From an archaeon (GTDB taxonomy: Archaea; Nanobdellota; Nanobdellia; SCGC-AAA011-G17; GCA-2687815): DNA of 38,468 nt. The notes beneath the pieces are model-generated. The model made no database searches. It had not been told where the DNA came from and saw nothing but the letters and a program-made list of their open reading frames with translations. Below, piece after piece: positions 8,513 to 17,025 of the stretch; the first letter of the stretch is position 1; each line of letters begins with the position of its first letter. The stretch is taken from NCBI GenBank assembly GCA_002687815.1, contig NZBH01000006.1, positions 1 to 38,468 of the forward strand, read 5' to 3'. The translations under genes were made by a program, and so were the position numbers.

Positions 8513-9211
8513 TTATTCGTTTAAAACTTTTGTTTCAATTTCTCCATGTGTCATATTATTAAGTTTGCTAAAAAATTCTTCTTGCAAACCTGCAGGGATT
8601 TCAATAACCACCTTCAGTGCACCATTATTCTGCCATTCCTCTTTAAATACTTTTCCATACTGCTTTAGTATATGAAAAGAACCACCAGCATATTGTGCTG
8701 GGATTATTATTTCAATTCTTCTAGATTCAAATTTTATTGGGATAATTGCTGATATTTCCTTTAATATTGCTTGAATTTGATCTTCAGCTGGTTTAAGTTC
8801 ATCTATATTAACTCTAGCTTCATCCATAGCATTTTCAATTCTTTCTGATGGATGTGGATTTCCAGTTTTTGCATCAATAGCGTTTCTATGTATTAAATCA
8901 ATAATTTGTTTCTTTTTTTCATCTCTTAATTTGTTTTTATATGTGGTAGTTAACTGTAATTCTCCTTCTTTAATAATTTTAATTGCTACTTCTCTTGGAT
9001 CATCAGTGCCAAATATTTTTTTTAATTCATGTTCAGAAGCATGTTGACCTTTTTTAACATCTTTATAAACTTCATCTGTTGCAAGTATTTTATCTAGCCC
9101 AATACTTTTACCTTTTCTAAATTCCATGGCTAGATCGCAGTCTACTAGAATTTCAAATATATCTTTTCCAATCTTCAATCTAGCAATGACTGCTTCATCC
9201 ACATTTACCAT
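8513..9211 (-). CDS. SBDS (Shwachman-Bodian-Diamond / Sdo1) family ribosome maturation protein
   Basis: 232 aa. N-terminal FYSH-like AVIARLKIGKDIFEILVD...DEVYKDVKKGQHASEHELKKIFGTDD. Canonical position between psmA and rrp4. Confidence 0.9.
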   Translation of the reverse strand: MVNVDEAVIARLKIGKDIFEILVDCDLAMEFRKGKSIGLDKILATDEVYKDVKKGQHASEHELKKIFGTDDPREVAIKIIKEGELQLTTTYKNKLRDEKKKQIIDLIHRNAIDAKTGNPHPSERIENAMDEARVNIDELKPAEDQIQAILKEISAIIPIKFESRRIEIIIPAQYAGGSFHILKQYGKVFKEEWQNNGALKVVIEIPAGLQEEFFSKLNNMTHGEIETKVLNE

Positions 9212-9940
9212 TTACTTTACCTTTTTTACTATTTCTACAATATTTTTTTCTGTTAATCTTTCAAATTTTTTAGTAGATGTTTTTATGAAGGCTCCATCTA
9301 TTCTACCAACATCAAAGTTCCTTCCTAAAATTTTTTTCAAAACACCAATACCAAGTCTCAATCCTTCTTCTACACTCATGTCTTCTTTGTATCCTTTTTT
9401 CATTAATTCTTCTGCCTCTGTTTCAGCTTCTCCAATAGCTGTTGCCTTATATTGAAAGAAAATTCCTGTTGGTTCTGTTCCAAATAATTTTGGACCATCA
9501 TCATCAATCCCTGCAAATAAAAGAGATACTCCAAAAGGTCTAGCTCCACCATACTGAGTATAAGCTTGTTTAACATTAGAAATTTCTTTAACCAAACTCA
9601 TCGTATCTATTGGTGAATCATAGGTAACCCTATGTTGTTGAGCAATTACTTGAGATTTTTCTATTAAAACTCGACCATCCATCAAATAGCCTGTTGCAGT
9701 TGCACCAATGTGTTTATCAACTTGGAATATTTTCTCAACAGATTTTGGTACTATAAATTTATCAACTATTCTTTTATCAGCTACCAATACAGCTCCATCT
9801 TTACAAACTATTCCTAATGCGGTTGTTCCTTGTTCAACTGCTTTTTTAGCATATTCTACTTGTAATAATCTTCCGTCTGGACTAAAGACAATACTTGCTC
9901 GGTCATAACCCATCATTTGATGTTGTACTTCTTGTTGCAT
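9212..9940 (-). CDS. psmA: Proteasome alpha subunit
   Basis: 242 aa. YDRASIVFSPDGRLLQVEYAKKAVEQGTTALGI is the alpha-subunit N-terminal signature. Confidence 0.92.
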   Translation of the reverse strand: MQQEVQHQMMGYDRASIVFSPDGRLLQVEYAKKAVEQGTTALGIVCKDGAVLVADKRIVDKFIVPKSVEKIFQVDKHIGATATGYLMDGRVLIEKSQVIAQQHRVTYDSPIDTMSLVKEISNVKQAYTQYGGARPFGVSLLFAGIDDDGPKLFGTEPTGIFFQYKATAIGEAETEAEELMKKGYKEDMSVEEGLRLGIGVLKKILGRNFDVGRIDGAFIKTSTKKFERLTEKNIVEIVKKVK

Positions 9941-9941
9941 T

Positions 9942-10412
9942 TTAATATCCTCCTTCTTTTAAGCGATATACATTATTTAATTTTCTTCCATTTTCAAATG
10001 AATCATACTCTAATTTAAAATTTGAAAGAAATGTTTCTAATTTTTTGATTTTTCCTTCTTCAATTTTTACACCTTCTTTTAAGCATTCAAATACAAAAAT
10101 ACTTTCATACAAAACTACATTTGAAATTTCTTTACATTCTTCTTGTGATGCAGTATGTTCTATTAATCCACATTTATCCAATGCATTTAGTAAGAATTTG
10201 TATTCAAATAAATTATGATCCCATGAAATCTTTGGATCATCAATATGTGTTGTCAAAAATCCAACAACTTTCTCACAAATTACTTCATCAAAACCACTAT
10301 CTTCACGAACATACCTTTTTAATTCTTTCAAAGTAGAATCGAGAACATGATTTTCTTCCAAGACTTCATCTTGAATTGGGACCATTTTTCCATCTACTAT
10401 TTTATGTAACAT
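9942..10412 (-). CDS. Hypothetical protein embedded in the exosome/proteasome superoperon
   Basis: 156 aa, acidic, no motif I recognise. Overlaps the Pop5 3' end by 11 nt and its stop codon abuts the psmA start codon (no intergenic gap), so it is almost certainly co-transcribed. Confidence 0.6.
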   Translation of the reverse strand: MLHKIVDGKMVPIQDEVLEENHVLDSTLKELKRYVREDSGFDEVICEKVVGFLTTHIDDPKISWDHNLFEYKFLLNALDKCGLIEHTASQEECKEISNVVLYESIFVFECLKEGVKIEEGKIKKLETFLSNFKLEYDSFENGRKLNNVYRLKEGGY

Positions 10413-10725
10413 TTTTTAATTTTTTTAATACTCCCGAAATTTTAGTTGTCTTGATAATAACTTTTTCGTTATTAATTTTTTCTATTAATGTTAAACTTGC
10501 TCTAACATCATTCACATATTTTGTATTTACCTTTATAATATTTGGTTTTATTATCATAATGCCTGCTTTAGCACAACCAAGTTGTCCTAAAAATTCTAGA
10601 CATTTATTTAATATTGTCTTTTTAAGATCTTCAAATTTAATCTTATTTTTTGATATTACTTCAAACAATATGTATCTTTTTTTTTCCCTTAATGTAGGTA
10701 AAATAGGTTTTTCTTTGATTTTTAT
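10402..10725 (-). CDS. rnp2: RNase P protein component 2 (Pop5/Rpp14 family). The true start is probably upstream of the TTG given by the ORF track.
   Basis: The track ORF 10402..10668 starts at TTG. The in-frame codons immediately upstream read (TGA)IKIKEKPILPTLREKKRYI-LFEVISKN. This contains the archaeal Pop5 N-terminal signature (LP.TLR..KRYI.FE), but no ATG/GTG/TTG is present. The 5' boundary is uncertain between 10668 and 10725. Confidence 0.7.
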   Translation of the reverse strand: MKIKEKPILPTLREKKRYILFEVISKNKIKFEDLKKTILNKCLEFLGQLGCAKAGIMIIKPNIIKVNTKYVNDVRASLTLIEKINNEKVIIKTTKISGVLKKLKNVT

Positions 10726-10805
10726 TCACCTGAGAAAAGAGCTTTTCTTTTTCTCTCTTAAAGACTATATAAAAGATTTATTTATAAAGTTTTTGTTTAA
10801 AAAAA

Positions 10806-11468
10806 TTAAAAAAGGCTTTCTAGAAAATCCTTTAAAAAGAACGATATTCTTTCTAGTATAGATAATTCACTTATTTTAATACAAGGATCTTCTGCATAAT
10901 AAACTTCTTGACATGAATATTTCACACAAGCAGATCCTTTAAAAGCAGTTCCATCAGGACAATATTTCAACTGGCCACAATCAGAATCTTTATAACATTC
11001 TATTTCTTCCATTGGAAGAAGTACATCATCAGTACCTTTTAAAACAGTTATATCTAAAATATACTCACAACTGTTAATCATCTGACAACTTGTACAAACT
11101 GATTTTGCTAATCCACAATTTGCACATATTTTTTCTATATATCTGCCAGAAGCAAAATCTAAGGGAACAGTTACATCAATATCAATTTTACTTTTTTCTT
11201 CTGCTTTAACATCTATTTTTTGAGGAAAAATTTCTGTTAAAAATTTACTTTCTCCGCCTTCAAGAGAGAAAGTACAAACAGAATCAAATTCACTTTCAGT
11301 ATTATCTACATCCATAACAAACTCTCCTTTTTCTCCAGGATACAAAAACATTGCTTTTGGAGTTGGAGCAAATAATCCTGGGGAAGGAGTTGTTTCAGCA
11401 TAAGCCAATGGAATAAGTAAAAATAATACTAAAATAGAAATCTTTTTCATCCAACTAGCACCTCTCAT
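10806..11468 (-). CDS. Secreted hypothetical protein with a Cys-rich C-terminal half
   Basis: 220 aa. Signal peptide MKKISILVLFLLIPLAYA/ETTP. C-terminal CYKDSDCGQLKYCPDGTAFKGSACVKYSC resembles the Cys modules of the 771..2570 protein. Confidence 0.6.
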   Translation of the reverse strand: MRGASWMKKISILVLFLLIPLAYAETTPSPGLFAPTPKAMFLYPGEKGEFVMDVDNTESEFDSVCTFSLEGGESKFLTEIFPQKIDVKAEEKSKIDIDVTVPLDFASGRYIEKICANCGLAKSVCTSCQMINSCEYILDITVLKGTDDVLLPMEEIECYKDSDCGQLKYCPDGTAFKGSACVKYSCQEVYYAEDPCIKISELSILERISFFLKDFLESLF

Positions 11469-11581
11469 ATATTTAGAATTACTTTTTATTATAAAAAGTT
11501 TGTGTTTTTTTATTTTCAGAGAAAATTATATAAATAAGACAAAGTATTAAACAAATTAGTTTTAGATAAAAAAGAGGTAAA

Positions 11582-12736
11582 ATGGATAAGAAAATATTAT
11601 TTATCACTTTATTATATGCTACTTTTTTAGTAATAATTTTAACACTACCTTTACCATATATAACAACAAATTTTATAACTGGAAGTACAACCCAAAGTTC
11701 TTTAGTAGCTAAAATTTCTGTTTCTGCTAATGCCGTTGAGGAAGGTAAAACACTTTATTTTGATGGAAGTGGCTCTTCTGGAAATATACAGGAATATTCT
11801 TGGGATTTTGATGCAAGTGATGAAGAAGATGAAGATAAAAAAGGTGTAACAGCTTCCAAAGCTTATAAGATTCCAGGGGTGTATTTAGTTACCTTAAGTG
11901 TAACAGACGATACTGGCAATAAAAAAACAGATACAATTACAATAACTGTTGTTTCAGTTACAAAAAAGGTAAATATTGTTAATGGTCCAACAGCAAAGAT
12001 ATTGTCTAGTAGTTCTGTAGATATAACATGGGAAACAGATGAGAATGTTAATGCAACAATATATTATGGACTAATTTATCCTAATGAAATTATCTCTGAT
12101 CCAATATTTTCTAAAGAAAAACAAATAATATTAGAAGGATTACAACCAAATAAAAAATATTTTTATTATCTAAAATTAATAGATAAATTTGATAATATTA
12201 AAACAAGTTCAGTTGATACATTTAGTACAGCACCACTAAAACCAGTGGTAGTTGCAACCACATCAACAACCACTACAACAACAATACCAAAGCCAACCTG
12301 TTCCGATGGTATTCAAAATCAGGGAGAACAAGAGATAGATTGTGGTGGTCCATGTAATAGATGTAAAATTGATTTTCCATGGTTTACAATAATTATTTCT
12401 GTATTAGTTGTAATATTAGTAGTTGCTTTCTTCTTCCTCAGAAATTACTTTGGTAAAAAAAATGTATTCAATAAAGAAGAAAAACCAATTACAAAAGAAA
12501 AAGGAATGAAATCCTCACAAATTACCAAAGAAAAGAAATCTTCAATAAATATGCCTACAAGAAAATCAAAAATTTCCAAAAAACCACAAGTTAAAAAGAT
12601 TTCACCAGAATTAATTAATTACATTAGAAATTGTTTAAGTCAAGGATTTAAAGAGAGACATATCAAAAAAGAATTATTAAAAGCTGGTTGGCCAAGAGAA
12701 CAGGTTGATGATGCATTAAAATCCATGAAAGTATAG
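11582..12736 (+). CDS. Single-pass surface protein: PKD-like plus FN3-like domains, Thr-rich stalk, Cys knot, TM helix, cytoplasmic tail domain
   Basis: 384 aa. SD GAGGT lies before the ATG. PKD-like YFDGSGSSGNIQEYSWDF...GVYLVTLSVTDDTGNKKTDTITITV. FN3-like VDITWETDENVNATIYYG. Stalk TTSTTTTTT. Cys knot CSDGIQNQGEQEIDCGGPCNRC. TM helix FTIIISVLVVILVVAFFFL. Tail ends in INYIRNCLSQGFKERHIKKELLKAGWPREQVDDAL. Confidence 0.75.
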   Translation: MDKKILFITLLYATFLVIILTLPLPYITTNFITGSTTQSSLVAKISVSANAVEEGKTLYFDGSGSSGNIQEYSWDFDASDEEDEDKKGVTASKAYKIPGVYLVTLSVTDDTGNKKTDTITITVVSVTKKVNIVNGPTAKILSSSSVDITWETDENVNATIYYGLIYPNEIISDPIFSKEKQIILEGLQPNKKYFYYLKLIDKFDNIKTSSVDTFSTAPLKPVVVATTSTTTTTTIPKPTCSDGIQNQGEQEIDCGGPCNRCKIDFPWFTIIISVLVVILVVAFFFLRNYFGKKNVFNKEEKPITKEKGMKSSQITKEKKSSINMPTRKSKISKKPQVKKISPELINYIRNCLSQGFKERHIKKELLKAGWPREQVDDALKSMKV

Positions 12737-12775
12737 ATAAAAACTTTTAAAAACTAATTTTCTTAAAATTTTAAT

Positions 12776-13000
12776 ATGTTAATAGGAGAAATTGCTTCAA
12801 TATTAGCACCAAAAACAGGGTATTGTTATTATCTTATTATAAAGATCTCTGATGCTGGGAAAGAGACAAAAGAATCTGTAGAGAAAAGAGTTCAAGAAGT
12901 CTTCGAAGACGATAGAAAAAGAGTTTTACCGGTTTATAACGCAAAAGGAAAACTTATAGGATATGATCAGTATGGAAGACATTTTGATATTAAAGGATAA
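12776..13000 (+). CDS. Hypothetical small protein (weak call)
   Basis: 74-aa ORF in an otherwise empty gap. It overlaps the 3' end of the convergent subtilase by 11 nt. No recognisable motif. Confidence 0.3.
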   Translation: MLIGEIASILAPKTGYCYYLIIKISDAGKETKESVEKRVQEVFEDDRKRVLPVYNAKGKLIGYDQYGRHFDIKG

Positions 13001-15404
13001 TTTTCTTATAAACAATAAAAGCTAAAGATATTATTAAAACTAAACCTACAATAGCCGGTATTGCTGGTTTTTTACTTAAATCTCTTACAGTTTTTCCAAC
13101 TATATTTACTAATCCTGTTGTTGGTCCTTCTGTTTCAAGAACTTCAAATGATTCAATTTTTTCTTGTTTGATTGTATCGGTTATTAACGGTGGTGTGGGT
13201 GGAATTATTGGCGCTGGAATTGCAGTTGGGGTTGGTGGATTATAATCTCTACTACCACCAGAGGAGCTACTTCCACCAGAAGTTGCTATTGTAGATGTAG
13301 TGGTTATAGGAGGTGTTTCTTCAGATGTAAAACTCCAATCATATTCAGAAATTTTTCCACTTGTATCATTACAATCTGTATAAATATTGTAACTAGAATA
13401 ATTCAGTTCTACAGTATAATTATGAATTAAATTTTCACCCTCAAATGTAAAGTTAAGCAAATTATCTATTCTTCCATTACAAATTGCATTTTCATCTGTT
13501 TCAATACTTAAAATAACTGTTAAATCATTAGTTGTTTCATTTGGTAAATTATTAGAAATAATTGGGGCACCATCAACATAAAATAAACTATTAACTTCTT
13601 TTTCTTTTCTTGTCTCATCTACACAAATTAAATCCAGATAATAAAGCTCATCTGCTAGGGAAGTAAAATACATAGTTTCAGAATTATTTATTGTATTTAT
13701 TGGAAAATTTGTATTATTTAATCCAACATTACAATTAATTGTATTGCTTAAATCATCTGTTACATTAAATCTAAAAGTAACATTTTTTACTTCAATTAAA
13801 CTATTATTCAATGGATTTGTAAGATGGATTGAAGGAGCATTATTTTCTATATATATATTTCTTAACTCTGTAGAATTCAAATTCCCCGATATATCATTTC
13901 CATAAACTTTGAAAGAATGTACATAACTTAGATTAGTTTGATTATAATAAAAGTTCTTGTCAGAACCATCCATTGTTTTATTTAAGTTATCAAATTCTAA
14001 AATAGCTGAATTCAAATTTTCATTACTGGTAATATTTACATAAATTGAATTTCCTACAAAAGAACTATTAAGTGGGGTTGGATTAACAAAATAAATTATG
14101 GGTTTAGCAGTATCAAAAGATAAAATAGCTTTTTGAATATCAATTCTAGGAAAAGTTAAATTAGAACCAATATCATAAATATCTTCTCCATTATATAAAG
14201 CAGATTTTATTCCTCCCTGACTTAGAATAGTTCCATTTAATTCTTTTACATATTGATGTAATAAAACTGATGCACCAGTAACATGCGGCGTAGCCATAGA
14301 AGTTCCACTTTTAGAAGTACTACCACCACCCAGATTAGTTGATACAATACTAACACCAGGAGCAAGTAAATCCAAAAGATTATTACGATCACTAAATGAA
14401 GCAATATCATCATTGTCATCTGTAGCACTAACACTAATTACATTACTAATACAAGCTGGAGCAACTATAGTTGTAGTAGATCCACTATTTCCAGAAGAAG
14501 CAAATAAAGATATGCCAGAAGAAACAGCAGAATTAATTGCACTTACTAAACTTTCAAATCCACTTTCAGCATCACAACTATCAGAAAATGCACCCCCTCC
14601 AAAACTCATTGTAATCGTTGTAATATCATATTTAGTTTGATTAAAAGTACACCACTCAATAGCTTTTGTAACATCAGAAACATAACAAGTAGTTCCAGAA
14701 GAATCACAAACTTTTAATGCTATTAAGTTTGCATTTGGAGCCACTCCTTTTATGCTACCATTTGCTGCAACTATTCCAGCTACATGGGTACCATGACCAT
14801 TATCATCCATTGGATCACTATCATCATTAAAAAAATCATGACCACCAAGAACCTTACATTCAGAGCCAAGACACCCCCCCAAATCAGAATGTGTATAATC
14901 AATTCCTGTATCTAAAACACAAACAGTACTTCTCCCAGTAATATTTTTATTATTTATTGTAGTATTCCAGGCAAAGTCTGCATTAATCAAAGGAACAGAA
15001 TCTGAAAGAGATATTTGAAATTCTCTATCAAGGTAAATTCCTTTTACACGTGGATTATCTTTTAGTTTTTCAAAACCTTCTTTTGTTATTTTTCCAGAAA
15101 AACCATTAAAAGTTTCAAATTCATGTTTTCCTTCAAATTCTTCATCAGGTAAGGAATCAGAAGTTACTTCTTCAACTATTAATTTAGTAACTAATGGAAG
15201 TTCATTTTCTTCATTTAACTCTATAATAACTTGAACTTCTTCCTCATTTTTTAATTCTTCTTCAATTTCTTCACTAGAACTTGTATCTTTAACAACAAAA
15301 CCAGTTACATTATTAAAACTTCCAGAAACAAAAGAAGCATAAATTATAGTTATGATAAATAGAACTAGAAAAATTATTAAATAATCTTTTTTATTCAATT
15401 CCAT
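12990..15404 (-). CDS. Membrane-anchored subtilisin-like serine protease (S8 family) with propeptide and Ig-like C-terminal repeats
   Basis: 804 aa. Catalytic triad motifs VCVLDTGIDYTHSDLGG (Asp), HGTHVAGIVAANG (His), GTSMATPHVTGASVLL (Ser). N-terminal signal anchor, I9-like propeptide, Pro/Thr linker PPTPTAIPAPIIPPTPP, C-terminal TM IVGLVLIISLAFIVY. The start codon lies 9 nt downstream of the Rpp30 stop codon. Confidence 0.9.
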   Translation of the reverse strand: MELNKKDYLIIFLVLFIITIIYASFVSGSFNNVTGFVVKDTSSSEEIEEELKNEEEVQVIIELNEENELPLVTKLIVEEVTSDSLPDEEFEGKHEFETFNGFSGKITKEGFEKLKDNPRVKGIYLDREFQISLSDSVPLINADFAWNTTINNKNITGRSTVCVLDTGIDYTHSDLGGCLGSECKVLGGHDFFNDDSDPMDDNGHGTHVAGIVAANGSIKGVAPNANLIALKVCDSSGTTCYVSDVTKAIEWCTFNQTKYDITTITMSFGGGAFSDSCDAESGFESLVSAINSAVSSGISLFASSGNSGSTTTIVAPACISNVISVSATDDNDDIASFSDRNNLLDLLAPGVSIVSTNLGGGSTSKSGTSMATPHVTGASVLLHQYVKELNGTILSQGGIKSALYNGEDIYDIGSNLTFPRIDIQKAILSFDTAKPIIYFVNPTPLNSSFVGNSIYVNITSNENLNSAILEFDNLNKTMDGSDKNFYYNQTNLSYVHSFKVYGNDISGNLNSTELRNIYIENNAPSIHLTNPLNNSLIEVKNVTFRFNVTDDLSNTINCNVGLNNTNFPINTINNSETMYFTSLADELYYLDLICVDETRKEKEVNSLFYVDGAPIISNNLPNETTNDLTVILSIETDENAICNGRIDNLLNFTFEGENLIHNYTVELNYSSYNIYTDCNDTSGKISEYDWSFTSEETPPITTTSTIATSGGSSSSGGSRDYNPPTPTAIPAPIIPPTPPLITDTIKQEKIESFEVLETEGPTTGLVNIVGKTVRDLSKKPAIPAIVGLVLIISLAFIVYKKIIL

Positions 15405-15413
15405 TTCCTCTCT

Positions 15414-15884
15414 TTAAAATTTTTTATTAAAATTTAAAGCTTTTTTTGCTTCCCCAGGGTTCATACCAAAGCATATACCAAGACTCATCAAATCCCTTGG
15501 ATCTCGCATTTCAAATTTATTTGTTGCAAAACTAGCAAGAACCATTTTAACTTTATATTTTCTGCATAATCTAATATTTTGCATTATTCTTCCAATTAAT
15601 TTATCTTTTTCCTTACTTTTTAATATATCATTGAAAGAAATTCCTATTGCAAGATTATTCTTTTTTGCTAATTTACATAAAACTTGATTTAATCCTGAGT
15701 TTCTATGATGAATAAAATCTTTTTTTCTAGTTTTCTCAGGACTTACTAAAATATCTAATCTTTTATTTTCTAAAAGTTTTCTATTATCTTCTTTACCATA
15801 AGCAATATTAAATTCATTACAAGAATAAACTTTAGAAAAACCTAAATCAAATTTTTCACCATTAAAACAGACTATATCAATCAT
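15414..15884 (-). CDS. rnp3: RNase P protein component 3 (Rpp30 family), short form
   Basis: 156 aa. DILVSPEK...HHRNSGLNQVLCKLAKKNNLAIGISFNDIL...IMQNIRLCRKYKVKMVLASFATNKFEMRDPRDLMSLGICFGM matches the Rpp30 C-terminal TIM-barrel pattern. Confidence 0.75.
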   Translation of the reverse strand: MIDIVCFNGEKFDLGFSKVYSCNEFNIAYGKEDNRKLLENKRLDILVSPEKTRKKDFIHHRNSGLNQVLCKLAKKNNLAIGISFNDILKSKEKDKLIGRIMQNIRLCRKYKVKMVLASFATNKFEMRDPRDLMSLGICFGMNPGEAKKALNFNKKF

Positions 15885-15921
15885 AAATTTTAAACAGCTT
15901 TAGAACTTTTTAAAACTTTCT

Positions 15922-16596
15922 TTAAAATATAGTTGTACCAACAAAAGATTTGCCTTTTAGACAATTTTCAAAGTTTTTTAGATTCCTTCCATTTAAGATT
16001 ACAGTTTTTATTTTAGAATCTTTTATTATTTTTGCAGAAACTTTATCTAAAACAAAATGTTGACCTGCTTTAAATTTAATTTTTCTAGCAATATCATAAA
16101 AATCTTGATAACTAATTTTTTTAATAAGTTTAGCATTTTTATATTTAGAAGGGTCTTTATTATAAAGACCTTTAACATTTGTTAAATTTACAAATAAATC
16201 TGCTTTAAGATACTTAGCAACTTCTGCTGCATTACCATCAGTTGTCATATCTGGTTTGTAACCCAAAGCTCCACAAATTGCAATATTATTTTTTTTCAAG
16301 ACTTTTTTTACATCTTTTAATGTATCGGGAATTTCATGTGTTTTTTTAAAAAAGCCTGCAACAACTCTTGCATTTAATTTTGTTGTAGCAATTCCAATCA
16401 AACTATAAATTTTAACATGAAATTTCTTTTTCTCTAAAGCTTTCAAATATTTTCTACAAGTACTACCCCCACCAGTTACTATTACAAATTTATTTTTTTT
16501 AGTATATTTTGAAATTACTTTTTTAAAAGAATTCAAAAAATCATAATCAACTTTATCCGGTACTATTATTGATCCACCAAGAGATATAACAATCAC
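15922..16596 (-). CDS. pyrH: Uridylate (UMP) kinase, archaeal type
   Basis: 224 aa. MIVISLGGSII, VIVTGGGSTCRKYL, GIATTKLNARV, GYKPDMTTDGNAAEVAKYLKADLFVNLTNVKGLYNKDP. This is the amino-acid-kinase fold pattern of archaeal PyrH. Confidence 0.85.
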   Translation of the reverse strand: MIVISLGGSIIVPDKVDYDFLNSFKKVISKYTKKNKFVIVTGGGSTCRKYLKALEKKKFHVKIYSLIGIATTKLNARVVAGFFKKTHEIPDTLKDVKKVLKKNNIAICGALGYKPDMTTDGNAAEVAKYLKADLFVNLTNVKGLYNKDPSKYKNAKLIKKISYQDFYDIARKIKFKAGQHFVLDKVSAKIIKDSKIKTVILNGRNLKNFENCLKGKSFVGTTIF

Positions 16597-16877
16597 TTTT
16601 CATCCACCATAAATAGTTTTGAATTATGCACATCAAAAACTTTTAGTCTTGCACCTGCATCTAGGAAAGCATGAGCATAATTAACAGCAGCAAAAGCGTT
16701 TATGATATCACCTTTTTTTTTGAAATATTTTGCATCTTCATAATATCTTTTTGAGATATCTAAAAAATCTTCAGCAACTTTTTTTAACTCAACTTTTCTT
16801 GGAACTTTTATTTTAACTTCTTTTATTGCTTTTTCAGTTAATTTAAGATATTTGTCTAATTTTTTATTAAGTTCCAT
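16593..16877 (-). CDS. Small helical protein, DUF357-like
   Basis: 94 aa. YYEDAKYFKKKGDIINAFAAVNYAHAFLDAGARL resembles the DUF357 signature (Y.eDa..f...gd...Al....YahgwLDag). 4-nt overlap with pyrH. Confidence 0.5.
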   Translation of the reverse strand: MELNKKLDKYLKLTEKAIKEVKIKVPRKVELKKVAEDFLDISKRYYEDAKYFKKKGDIINAFAAVNYAHAFLDAGARLKVFDVHNSKLFMVDEK

Positions 16878-16978
16878 CTGTTTTTTTCAGATATATATAA
16901 ATTTAGCATATTATATAAAAATGTTGTTTTGAATTTTAAAGAAATATCTTTAGTCCACTGAATAGTTATCCCAAAAAG

Positions 16979-16986
16979 TTTATAAA
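16979..16986 (+). promoter_or_regulatory. TATA-box-like element (TTTATAAA) upstream of the small ORF at 17026
   Basis: Its position predicts a TSS near 17009. That would leave a ~17-nt leader carrying SD GAGGTG (17015..17020), 5 nt before the ATG. Confidence 0.35.
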
Positions 16987-17025
16987 TTTCTAATATTTTA
17001 CTTTCATAGTAAAAGAGGTGTTTTA

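Noticed and set aside
10677-10685. Possible frameshift or slippage at the A9 run (T9 on the plus strand), linking an upstream GTG (10729..10727) to Pop5
   Set aside because: The GTG frame gives VNKNQRKTYFTY, which is unlike Pop5. The conserved KPILPTLREKKRYI motif lies in the same frame as the main ORF, so no frameshift is needed. The problem is only the missing canonical start.
10726-10728. Read-through or recoding of the in-frame TGA upstream of Pop5
   Set aside because: Codons further upstream (SLREKKKSSFLR, then TAG at 10765..10767) show no Pop5-like sequence and no start codon either. The expected Pop5 N-terminus falls right after the TGA.
10376-10861. 161-aa plus-strand ORF from the track
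   Set aside because: It runs antisense to Pop5 and through its promoter region. The product is Phe/Ile/Leu-rich low-complexity sequence, typical of the antisense frame of an AT-rich gene. The Pop5 homology on the minus strand explains the region.
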